DNA of 64,000 nt, taken from the NCBI GenBank assembly GCA_020632265.1, contig JACKFW010000001.1, forward strand, positions 140,223 to 204,222, in the 5' to 3' direction. Numbering within the stretch: position 1 is the stretch's first letter; each line of letters opens with the position of its first letter. The position numbers and the translations under genes are program-made. Shown piece after piece: positions 20,706-28,903 of this stretch. The notes beneath the pieces were generated by a model. It was given only the letters and a program-made list of their open reading frames with translations. It did no database searches and was not told where the DNA came from. The DNA is from Pseudomonadales bacterium (GTDB lineage: Bacteria; Patescibacteriota; Microgenomatia; UBA1400; PJMF01).

Positions 20706-21249
20706 TTAAGTTTCAAGTTTAATTAAATTCAAGTCGATCGTATTTGATGATTTGTATTGTCTGACAATTTCACCAATAATGAATAAAACATATTTTTCTC
20801 TCAAAGATGGAGGTATCAGGGGTGATAAATTTAGCACAACTTTCCTTCCATAACTAATTCTTCCATCAGCTTGAGTACTGTGATATATAGGATCTTCTCG
20901 ACTAACCCTTCCAGAAATTGTTGTGTATCCAGTGGAAAAAGTGGCGGGTGTTGACAAATTATTGTCAACAACACTCAATATTGCATGTTCAAGAACGTGT
21001 GCAAATTCATCTGGGTATTCTGGTTCCTCCAAATCATCATACCAAAGTTCGTAGCCACGATTAGATGCTCTTAATCTTAATTGATCTTCAAGTTTTTTTT
21101 ACAGAATTAAATAAAAGCCTAGCAGGAATTTCCAACTCTAACCTATATAATAAATCCTTATCTAAAACTACAGAAGGAAACTTTTTTTCAAATGGAGATC
21201 GCTCAACAGTATAAACTTTTTTTATGTTTTTTGAATTTACTTCAAACAT
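20706..21249 (-). pseudogene. conserved hypothetical gene split by a frameshift in an A8 run (upstream part MFEVNSKNIKK...NSVKKT*, downstream part is track ORF 20706..21032)
   Basis: Removing one A from gtaaaaaaaac fuses the two reading frames into one protein of about 181 aa. The downstream ORF starts at a TTG with no independent RBS. Confidence 0.45.
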
Positions 21250-21284
21250 ATAAATATCGTAACATAAAACAATTCATTAATAAT

Positions 21285-21569
21285 CTACTCAATATTAAAT
21301 AGGTTTTTAAGAATTGCTAGTATTGTTGAGTCTTCAATATGTTGACCCGCAGCTATATTCTCTATTCCTCTTCTTTGCAAACCAACTCTTTGTTTTTTAG
21401 ATTTGGGTTGAACACTAACCTGTATGGGTCTTCCATTCACAACAGCATCAGTTTTATTACCATAATCTTCTTGAGTAGTAGCTAATCTAGCAGATAAACC
21501 TAATCTTAATGCAATATCTACTACTCTTTCCTCTGCCGCCCGTCCATTTTCTTGCGATTTTCTTGTCAT
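21285..21569 (-). CDS. hypothetical protein
   Basis: 94 aa, basic. No motif. Confidence 0.35.
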   Translation of the reverse strand: MTRKSQENGRAAEERVVDIALRLGLSARLATTQEDYGNKTDAVVNGRPIQVSVQPKSKKQRVGLQRRGIENIAAGQHIEDSTILAILKNLFNIE

Positions 21570-21671
21570 AAGAAATTATTTTATCAAAAATGAACTATAT
21601 TGTAAATTACTTGAGCAATAGCGAATAAAAATAATATTATTTATATTCGTATATAGTTATAATTGTTTGAA

Positions 21672-21757
21672 GATCCCAGACTAGGGTTCACGACTCGCTT
21701 CACTCACATGCACTAGGAAGGTGTTTCGCATTCGCTCTACACTTTCCGTCGCGAACC
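21672..21757 (-). repeat. GC-rich structured repeat (family 1, copy A) beginning with an 18-19-nt copy of the tRNA-Gln 3' end
   Basis: gatcccagactagggttc. Conserved blocks gcactaggaagg, cattcgct and ttccgtcgcgaacc are shared with copy B. The ends GGTTCGCGAC and GTCGTGAACC can pair. Confidence 0.65.
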
Positions 21758-21785
21758 AAATAATTTCAATCTTACAATTCAAGAT

Positions 21786-21821
21786 CAAATAATTAACCAG
21801 CTTTCGCTGGTTAATTATTTG
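21786..21821. terminator. perfect 16-bp hairpin (caaataattaaccagc-tttc-gctggttaattatttg)
   Basis: Palindrome read directly. No clear U-tract. Lies between family-1 copy A and family-2 copy 2. Confidence 0.4.
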
Positions 21822-21852
21822 ATCCCGTACGTGGACAGTATTCGAACCTATT
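21821..21852. repeat. 32-nt dispersed repeat (family 2), copy 2 of 3: gatcccgtacgtggacagtattcgaacctatt
   Basis: Sequence identity to the copies at about 17270 and 22789. Confidence 0.7.
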
Positions 21853-21879
21853 TTGTACACACATGCTACAATCTAACTG

Positions 21880-22239
21880 ATGAAAAAAATATATGATGAT
21901 CTAAGTAATTCAGAAGAAGTTAATTCTTTTTTAAAAACTATTCCTTACCAAAACAGACGAGAGGCTATATTTAAAGCTAAAGAGAATCTAGAAGAGATAA
22001 CATTGAGGATATGGTTAGAAGAACTTGCTAATATATCAGAAAAAATTAAGAATAAAAACAACCTACAACCAAATCTACAGGGATGGCAAAATTACTTAAA
22101 ACTAGGCTTTTCAAAAGATAAATTTAGAAGAAAATACGGATTTGATGATTGGTCAACTAAATATAAAATGGAAATGTTTATTCAATATGAAGAAGATGAC
22201 TACAGAAAAAAAATGGTGATACTAAATTTTTACGGTTAA
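21880..22239 (+). CDS. hypothetical protein
   Basis: 119 aa. No motif. Confidence 0.4.
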   Translation: MKKIYDDLSNSEEVNSFLKTIPYQNRREAIFKAKENLEEITLRIWLEELANISEKIKNKNNLQPNLQGWQNYLKLGFSKDKFRRKYGFDDWSTKYKMEMFIQYEEDDYRKKMVILNFYG

Positions 22240-22367
22240 AAAATAAAAGTTTTTTTGAATATTACTTTGGAGGTGCTGGCATAAATCCAGAAATTTGGTG
22301 GGCAAAGAAGAAAAATATAAATCCAAACAGCCTTCTTGTTCATGCACTCACTCCAAAATCCTTATTA

Positions 22368-22697
22368 ATGGTAATAAGAACAGGAACAGTTGGAAGAGGA
22401 AGTTTTGATCAAGTCGCTATGAGCCAAGATAGAATAATATATAATTCTGGGTATGCAATTATTTTTCAAGCAAGTGACTTAGTGAAAGCTGGCTACTCAT
22501 TATTACCAATACAGGAAGTCAGTCGTGATTCACATATTCTGCAAGAATGGAGATCGCCTGTTGCAATAGATATTAACATAGCTCGTTTAATTGTACCAAT
22601 TTCTGATATACCTGACCACAAAAATGCTACTAAATCTCAAATTGCTAGAAGTTATTTTGGTGAAAAGTTCCTCAAAAACTTAAAAAGAATATATTAA
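22368..22697 (+). CDS. hypothetical protein
   Basis: 109 aa. No motif. Confidence 0.35.
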   Translation: MVIRTGTVGRGSFDQVAMSQDRIIYNSGYAIIFQASDLVKAGYSLLPIQEVSRDSHILQEWRSPVAIDINIARLIVPISDIPDHKNATKSQIARSYFGEKFLKNLKRIY

Positions 22698-22788
22698 TAA
22701 TTTTTTCTACCAAAAAAGACATTGTCCAACCTAGTTTTGTTACTTAAATTTAAAAATTAGATTGATATATAATGATATATTTGAAAAA

Positions 22789-22820
22789 GATCCCGTACGT
22801 GGACGCTATTCGAACCTATT
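22789..22820. repeat. 32-nt dispersed repeat (family 2), copy 3 of 3: gatcccgtacgtggacgctattcgaacctatt
   Basis: Sequence identity to the other two copies. Confidence 0.7.
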
Positions 22821-22831
22821 TAATAGTAAAA

Positions 22832-23221
22832 TCAACTGGAGAGGGATTTTATTACAGCGAGAACTGAGTCGTATTGTTCACTTGTAATATTTTTGCTGAA
22901 TCTGCCATTAAACCCACCAAACTTCAAACCGCCACCATTTTCATAATCAACAGAGTGAGTATCAATAAACATATAGGCTTTTGAACCATCAAGATATGTT
23001 ATGTCTATCCTTCTGTGTCCGACACTGTGATTATCCCTGATAAACTCTATTCGAAAATGATTTTTTTCTTCATCAGTATGTTCTACAGTTGCCTCTTGAT
23101 ATAATGGATGATTAGTATTAGTCCATATTAATTTTCCCCGAGCTATTATGCAATCCATGGCACTAATAAATTGTCCTGTATGTGGGTGAAATTGTTCCGT
23201 TCGATCGATTTCAGTTTTCAT
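22832..23221 (-). CDS. hypothetical protein (start moved to the internal ATG preceded by AAGGAG)
   Basis: The track ORF extends to 23290 into the family-1 repeat. The internal Met (MKTEIDRTEQ...) has a good RBS (aaggagaagagaatATG). Confidence 0.45.
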   Translation of the reverse strand: MKTEIDRTEQFHPHTGQFISAMDCIIARGKLIWTNTNHPLYQEATVEHTDEEKNHFRIEFIRDNHSVGHRRIDITYLDGSKAYMFIDTHSVDYENGGGLKFGGFNGRFSKNITSEQYDSVLAVIKSLSS

Positions 23222-23270
23222 ATTCTCTTCTCCTTCATTATATTTAAATGATATTATATCATTTAAATTT

Positions 23271-23371
23271 GATCCCGGACTAGGGTTCACGACTCGCCAC
23301 TATTTACACTTTCTGGATGTTGGCTCGCTTGCACTAGGAAGGCTCACTACATTCGCTTTCCGTCGCGAACC
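23271..23371 (-). repeat. GC-rich structured repeat (family 1, copy B) beginning with a 19-nt copy of the tRNA-Gln 3' end
   Basis: gatcccggactagggttc. Shares conserved blocks and the terminal pairing with copy A. Lies about 70 nt downstream of tRNA-Gln on the same strand. Confidence 0.65.
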
Positions 23372-23403
23372 TGTAGCCCAAACCCTCCAACCCGAATAAT
23401 ATT

Positions 23404-23432
23404 AAAAAAGATAGCAAGTGCTATCTTTTTTT
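23404..23432 (-). terminator. intrinsic terminator hairpin after tRNA-Gln (aaaaaagatagca-ag-tgctatcttttttt)
   Basis: 7-bp GC-poor stem flanked by A and T runs on both sides, so bidirectional. Confidence 0.55.
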
Positions 23433-23438
23433 ATTATG

Positions 23439-23509
23439 ATCCCGGACTAGGGTTCGAACCTAGGATAACAGTTCCAGAAACTGTTGTGATGCCACTTCAC
23501 TATCCGGGA
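23439..23509 (-). tRNA. tRNA-Gln (anticodon CUG)
   Basis: Manual fold of TCCCGGA-TA-GTGA-AGTGGCA-TCAC-A-ACAGT-TTCTGGA-ACTGT-TATC-CTAGG-TTCGAAC-CCTAG-TCCGGGA-T. Has the bacterial tRNA-Gln U1:A72 pair. CCA is not encoded. Confidence 0.85.
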
Positions 23510-23682
23510 GCGCATGTAAATAACATTCTACTACGTTTTGTATAAATCGATAATAAATAAAGTATTTTCTTCTTCTTTAACAAAACCGTTAGTATATCAA
23601 ATTATATCATTAAATTCTAATCTTGTTCTTAATTTTATAATATGCAATATTCACTAAATTTATTTACTGTATACAGACAATT

Positions 23683-24357
23683 ATGAAAAAAATTTTAATA
23701 GTCGAAAACGACAAAACCTTACTAAATACCATAGCAGATTTTTTCAAATCGAAAGGCTTTACTTGTGAAACTTGCTCAACTGTTCAAAAAGCTTGCGACT
23801 TAATTGAACAAAATGATTATGATTTGCTGATACTAGACAGAATCTTAGATGATGGTGACGGATTAGAAGTGGCCGAATTTCTTAATGATTTTAATTATAA
23901 AACAAGAATAATTATTCTTTCACAAAAGTCAAAAGTAGAAGAAAGAATTAATGGACTAGAAATTGGTGCTGATGACTATTTAGCAAAACCTTTTTCAATG
24001 TCGGAACTATTCTTACGAGTTAAAAATTTATTAGCAAAACAAAAGGTAAAAAACTCCAACTCACTTTCACTTGGAAAAGTTACCATTTTTCCAAAAACTG
24101 GCGAGGTGATACTCAAAGAAAGAAACCTTACAATGAGAAGAAAAGAAATTCAAATTCTTGCCTGCCTATTTAAACACAAAAATCACGTGGTAAGCCGAAA
24201 CATGATTATTGACGATGTTTGGACTGGAGGAATGGAAATTCCCACTCATACAACTTTAGATGTATATATAAGAAGAATTCGAATATTTTTAGGTAGTGAA
24301 AAAGCTTTGATCAAGACTGTAAGGGGTTTTGGTTATATGGCTTCGTTAGTGGAATAA
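23683..24357 (+). CDS. OmpR/PhoB-family two-component response regulator
   Basis: Receiver domain (DLLILD...KPF) and C-terminal winged-helix (VWTGG...TLDVYIRRIR). Confidence 0.9.
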   Translation: MKKILIVENDKTLLNTIADFFKSKGFTCETCSTVQKACDLIEQNDYDLLILDRILDDGDGLEVAEFLNDFNYKTRIIILSQKSKVEERINGLEIGADDYLAKPFSMSELFLRVKNLLAKQKVKNSNSLSLGKVTIFPKTGEVILKERNLTMRRKEIQILACLFKHKNHVVSRNMIIDDVWTGGMEIPTHTTLDVYIRRIRIFLGSEKALIKTVRGFGYMASLVE

Positions 24358-25075
24358 TCCAGGTAATATGAGTACCAAATCCAGGGCTACTTTGGATTGA
24401 CATTTTTCCAGAAAATATTTCTTCAATGGTTTTTTTAACAAAATGCAACCCAATTCCTTGACCATTTTTTCTAAAGCTCAAACCATCAATCAAAGCTAAT
24501 TTTTGAGTTATCAAATTCATGCCACAAGCAAAATCAACAAAATCAATTTTTAAATTATTATCTTCCTTTCTAACAATTAGGTTTATCGGCTTATGCAATT
24601 TATTTTTATATGCTTGAAAAGCATTATTTAAAATACAAGAAAGCGCTTCCTGAAAATATAACTTATTACCGATTAAATATATTTCATTATCACTGAAATA
24701 TTTGCAATCAATATTACAATTATTTATTCTTGGATTCCATAAACAAAACACTTCATTTATAGAATCCATAACACAAAATCTTTCATTTTTATTAACATCT
24801 CCAGAAACTGAATTTATAATTTTTGCTAATTTTTTTGCAGCTTCAAGAGAACTTTTTTGCTTTATATGAACATTCGATTCATCATCTAACGCAAATTCTA
24901 AGTTTGATAATAAAATTGTTAAAGGTGTTGAGCATGCATGGAAAAATATTTTACTCTTAACCAAAGAATACTTTGGAATTTGATTTTTCAGATTGATGAT
25001 ATTAAGTACTCCAATTAAAAAAATATTGTTATTAAAAATTACAACCTGAAAAAATTCTGCTACTTTTTTTAACAT
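24311..25075 (-). CDS. sensor histidine kinase without TM/sensor domain
   Basis: H-box HACSTPLT and HATPase G-boxes GQGIGLHFVK...GFGT. 254 aa. Its 3' end overlaps the regulator by 47 nt in convergent orientation. Confidence 0.7.
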   Translation of the reverse strand: MLKKVAEFFQVVIFNNNIFLIGVLNIINLKNQIPKYSLVKSKIFFHACSTPLTILLSNLEFALDDESNVHIKQKSSLEAAKKLAKIINSVSGDVNKNERFCVMDSINEVFCLWNPRINNCNIDCKYFSDNEIYLIGNKLYFQEALSCILNNAFQAYKNKLHKPINLIVRKEDNNLKIDFVDFACGMNLITQKLALIDGLSFRKNGQGIGLHFVKKTIEEIFSGKMSIQSSPGFGTHITWIIPLTKPYNQNPLQS

Positions 25076-25186
25076 ATAAGTTGTCTATGTAGGCAGTTTT
25101 TTGAAATTTTATTAAATATATATTACAATGTAAAGGTATCAAACTTATACATTTACAAATATTAAATCATGTGTGAAAATAAAGGA

Positions 25187-26806
25187 TTATTTTATATAAG
25201 AATCAAAGTTTTCAGTGAGATCCCAAACTTGCAAACAAGGACCATCATAAGGCCTACAAAATTCAGCTATGAGATATTTACTGTTAATTTTAAGTAAGAG
25301 TCGGTGTGAATTAACTATTAGCCATTTTTTTTGATAGTTATTTGCTCTATCTGCAAAACTTTTTGGTAAAAACGAAACAGGTTGTCCTATACCCTCTAAA
25401 TAAAGATTATCTACATTTGTTCGATGTAAATACATTAATAAGCCATCAGGCAAAGTTCCAAAATATCCTTCAGTTGCAACCGCAAGCGTATTTTGTGTTG
25501 TTTCTTTCTCAATTAAATCAACAGTATCTTTAATCCCATGTCCAGAAGACCATTCAGTAAGATATTGAGTTATATCTGAAGAAACAAATGGTATTTTATT
25601 TGGTTCCAAGATTGAAAACTGAATGTAATTTGCACAAACAACAAATATATTTGCTAAAATCAAAGAAGTTGATACGCCAATCAATACTTTTTTCCAAAAC
25701 CTACTTTTCCCTTCAAATACATTATCCAAAAGACTTTCTAAACCCATTACAGCTGACAAGGTAAAAAAGAATGATGCTGGAAAAAGATATCTTGGATAGA
25801 CAGTTTTTCCCATTAAAGCTATGGGAAAAATAAATAATAGACCTGACCAAAACAACACATGAGAAATCAGTTGATTTTTTTTGGAAAACAAACCTATTAA
25901 TGCAAATATAATTATTCCAGGTGTTAAATAAATGTAAAAATAATATAAATAATTAGGAACATTCGAAACAGTGTAGAGCCATGACCCATTAAGCAAATCA
26001 GATATAGGAAACAGAAAATCTCCACCGCGACTAAATAATTGACCAAAAGTTGGATTAAGTTTTAATGAAAAGAACATAACTATGCCGATAGCAAGGCATA
26101 CAGAAACTTTTAAAAAACCTATGAATAATGTTTTAGTACTTTTATCCTTAGTTAGAAAGATGGATAAATATAAAGAAGGAATAAATAAAATTGCGGGAAT
26201 TTTTGTAAGAAGAGCCAGCCCAAAGAAGAATCCAGAAATTAAAATATTATTAACACTACTTTTGTCAAATACCGCTGAAACAATTGAAGTATTTTTTGTT
26301 AAAGTTAGTGATTTTTTTGAGTTAAAAACTTTAACTAAAAATAAATATGAAATTGAAATTAATAAAGCTAGTAAACCATCCATTAGGGCCATTTGATGAT
26401 GAAAATACCAGAAAGGTAAAACTATAGTGAAAATTCCCATCAATAATTGAGTTGATTTTTTTCCACCCAAACATTTTACAACATCCATATTTACAAAAAC
26501 CTGAATCAACCCCACTAAAACAGCTAAAAATCTTCCTGCAAACAATTGGTCTTTAAAAATATATTGAAAAGGAACTAATAACCAAATAAACAAGGGAGTC
26601 TTGCCGTCGTTCATTGAAAAAAACAGATACCTCTTCCAATCATCAATAATTAATTGAGCCCATCTAATATATATAGATTCATCCGCAAATACTGGTAACC
26701 TAGTTAAGGCGAATAAATGAATGAAAAAATATATAAGAATTAACCCTATGTATAAAGATATACTAAGTTTATTTTTTACAATAAATTTTTGTAATTTTTT
26801 AAGCAT
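25187..26806 (-). CDS. GT-C fold membrane glycosyltransferase (PMT/ArnT-like)
   Basis: FADESIYIRWAQ loop-1 DE motif. Polytopic. 539 aa. Confidence 0.6.
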   Translation of the reverse strand: MLKKLQKFIVKNKLSISLYIGLILIYFFIHLFALTRLPVFADESIYIRWAQLIIDDWKRYLFFSMNDGKTPLFIWLLVPFQYIFKDQLFAGRFLAVLVGLIQVFVNMDVVKCLGGKKSTQLLMGIFTIVLPFWYFHHQMALMDGLLALLISISYLFLVKVFNSKKSLTLTKNTSIVSAVFDKSSVNNILISGFFFGLALLTKIPAILFIPSLYLSIFLTKDKSTKTLFIGFLKVSVCLAIGIVMFFSLKLNPTFGQLFSRGGDFLFPISDLLNGSWLYTVSNVPNYLYYFYIYLTPGIIIFALIGLFSKKNQLISHVLFWSGLLFIFPIALMGKTVYPRYLFPASFFFTLSAVMGLESLLDNVFEGKSRFWKKVLIGVSTSLILANIFVVCANYIQFSILEPNKIPFVSSDITQYLTEWSSGHGIKDTVDLIEKETTQNTLAVATEGYFGTLPDGLLMYLHRTNVDNLYLEGIGQPVSFLPKSFADRANNYQKKWLIVNSHRLLLKINSKYLIAEFCRPYDGPCLQVWDLTENFDSYIK

Positions 26807-28124
26807 GATCTATTTTTGTCCATATTTTAGTCTTAATATTTGTAAATAGATATATTAATGGTATTATCCATACAATTAATGTTTGATTGGCAATAATTTT
26901 TGGACTATATTCCAAACCATTAAACAACCATGGCAAATATCTTAAACTTGAACTGACAGTAAATACTAAAAGTAAGTTGCGAAGTTTTTTCATTTTCATG
27001 AACGGCAACCAAACAAGCACCCAAATAAAATACCAAGGATAAAATTGATGCGATCTAGGAGTAAATAACAGAAGCATCATAATGGTAGCTGCTAAATCTG
27101 GAATATAAAAAATCCATTTATTAACAATTATGAAAAATATTTTATCTATGAAATTTTGATCAATATTTATTTTAAATCTGCGCTTCACGATTTTTGCAAG
27201 TCGATAATAAAAAAGATAAATTAATAAAACTAAAAACCAAATTGGCAACAAAGCTAGCGTCGCATATTTAATTGAAATAGAAATAGAAAGGAAAAGAATT
27301 GAAACCAAAAAATATTTAACTTTTAAATAATTGTCGCTTATTTGAGAAGTAATCGGCTTAATTAAGAAACTCAATCCATAAATTGCAAAAGGCATCATTA
27401 ATAAGTCATTGTGATAATTTGAAATATATTCTATTAAGAAAAATGGATTTAAAAACACCATTGCACTTTCGTAAAGGTTCATCCGTCTTTTAAATAATGT
27501 CATGGAAAAATTTTGCATTGAAAAATATAAAAGAATCATACATAAATAGCTCCAGACTCTAAAAGCAGCGAGAGTTAAAGAAAATTTGCCAAAACCTAAA
27601 TAATAGGGAATTAAAGTAAAGTAAGTCCATCCTCTTCCGTATACATCAGTGACATTGGTGTTATGCATAAATCTAATCCAAAGGTCATTGGGAAAATCAA
27701 GCGCTGTATAAAGTTTTGTGTCTACCCCATATTTTGCAATCATCCTGGCATAAAAAATATAATTAAAAACGTCGTGAGATAATGAATTATATGAAAATGC
27801 AATTGGAGCAATAATTACTAAAAAGATTAAAACATATTTATTAAAAAATATTTTTTTTAAATTTACCTTTTTTGATTTTAACTTTTTTAGTATATAAAAA
27901 TATAAAATAAATAATGAAATTATTAAGAAAAGATAAATATATCCTGTCAATATTGAGTTGTGAAAAAATGTTTTCCACATGAAGTTTTGAAATTTCCAAT
28001 AAATATCATTTGAAGTCAAAACCAAATTGGGATCCACCAAACTATATGAAAATATTGAATATATCAATAAAATTATAAAATACAAAATAAATACTGTCAT
28101 TAAAATCTTATTTATATTTACCAA
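26799..28124 (-). CDS. polytopic membrane protein, possible GT-C-like glycosyltransferase
   Basis: About 12 TM segments with no soluble domain. Sits inside the glycosylation cluster. Confidence 0.35.
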   Translation of the reverse strand: MVNINKILMTVFILYFIILLIYSIFSYSLVDPNLVLTSNDIYWKFQNFMWKTFFHNSILTGYIYLFLIISLFILYFYILKKLKSKKVNLKKIFFNKYVLIFLVIIAPIAFSYNSLSHDVFNYIFYARMIAKYGVDTKLYTALDFPNDLWIRFMHNTNVTDVYGRGWTYFTLIPYYLGFGKFSLTLAAFRVWSYLCMILLYFSMQNFSMTLFKRRMNLYESAMVFLNPFFLIEYISNYHNDLLMMPFAIYGLSFLIKPITSQISDNYLKVKYFLVSILFLSISISIKYATLALLPIWFLVLLIYLFYYRLAKIVKRRFKINIDQNFIDKIFFIIVNKWIFYIPDLAATIMMLLLFTPRSHQFYPWYFIWVLVWLPFMKMKKLRNLLLVFTVSSSLRYLPWLFNGLEYSPKIIANQTLIVWIIPLIYLFTNIKTKIWTKIDHA

Positions 28125-28872
28125 ATATATCCATCATCCTAATAATTAAAATATCACGAAACATTCTAAGAGAATCTTTGATTGGGCTTACCCTATTAGA
28201 TTCGTTGTGATTCCAAACAATTGGAACTTCCTTAATTTTGAAACTATTTTTTTTAGCTAAAAACAATAGTTCAACATCAAACGCACCTGTAAAAGCATCC
28301 TTTCTTACTTGATTACCACCATAAACATATAGTTGATTAAACAACTTTTCTGTGGCTTCACTAGAAAATAGTTTGAAACCACATTGAGTGTCGAGTATTC
28401 CAGGAATAGCTATCATTTGAACAATAATATTGAACCCTCTACCCATAACATGCCGATGAAATGGTTCTTTATCTCTGCGAGCACCTACAATTTCTCTTGA
28501 ACCAACAACAACATTAGCGCCATTTTTTGTATATTTGAATAATTTTTCAACTTCTTTAAGAGGTGTTGATTGATCAAAGTCAGTAAATAATCTCCATTCT
28601 CCTGTTGCCGCCAACATGCCTGCTTTTACCGTGGGAGCTTTGCCTGCGTGTTTGTTATGCAACACTTTTATTCTCTTATCTTTTTGTGCAAATATATCTA
28701 ATTGATAGGGCGTATCGTCAGTAGACCCATCATCAGACAAAATTAGTTCCCATTCATAATCTTGAACTTTTAAGTAATCCCAAACTTCATTTAAGACTTT
28801 CCTTTTGAAATTCTTTGCTTCATTGTAAGATGGAATTATGACTGATAAATATGGTTTCATGTGATTAATCAT
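28108..28872 (-). CDS. GT2 polyprenol-phosphate glycosyltransferase (DPM1/GtrB-like)
   Basis: LSVIIPSYNE, DDGSTDDT and DFDQS (DxD) motifs. Confidence 0.85.
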   Translation of the reverse strand: MINHMKPYLSVIIPSYNEAKNFKRKVLNEVWDYLKVQDYEWELILSDDGSTDDTPYQLDIFAQKDKRIKVLHNKHAGKAPTVKAGMLAATGEWRLFTDFDQSTPLKEVEKLFKYTKNGANVVVGSREIVGARRDKEPFHRHVMGRGFNIIVQMIAIPGILDTQCGFKLFSSEATEKLFNQLYVYGGNQVRKDAFTGAFDVELLFLAKKNSFKIKEVPIVWNHNESNRVSPIKDSLRMFRDILIIRMMDIFGKYK

Positions 28873-28903
28873 ACACTAATACTAAAGTTCAATAAAACAC
28901 TAA

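Noticed and set aside
21672-23509. Intact integrase, recombinase or transposase associated with the tRNA-Gln or tRNA-Glu repeats
   Set aside because: None of the ORFs in or next to either island shows tyrosine or serine recombinase, or DDE transposase motifs. The islands are therefore reported as att-like scars or cassettes rather than annotated mobile elements.
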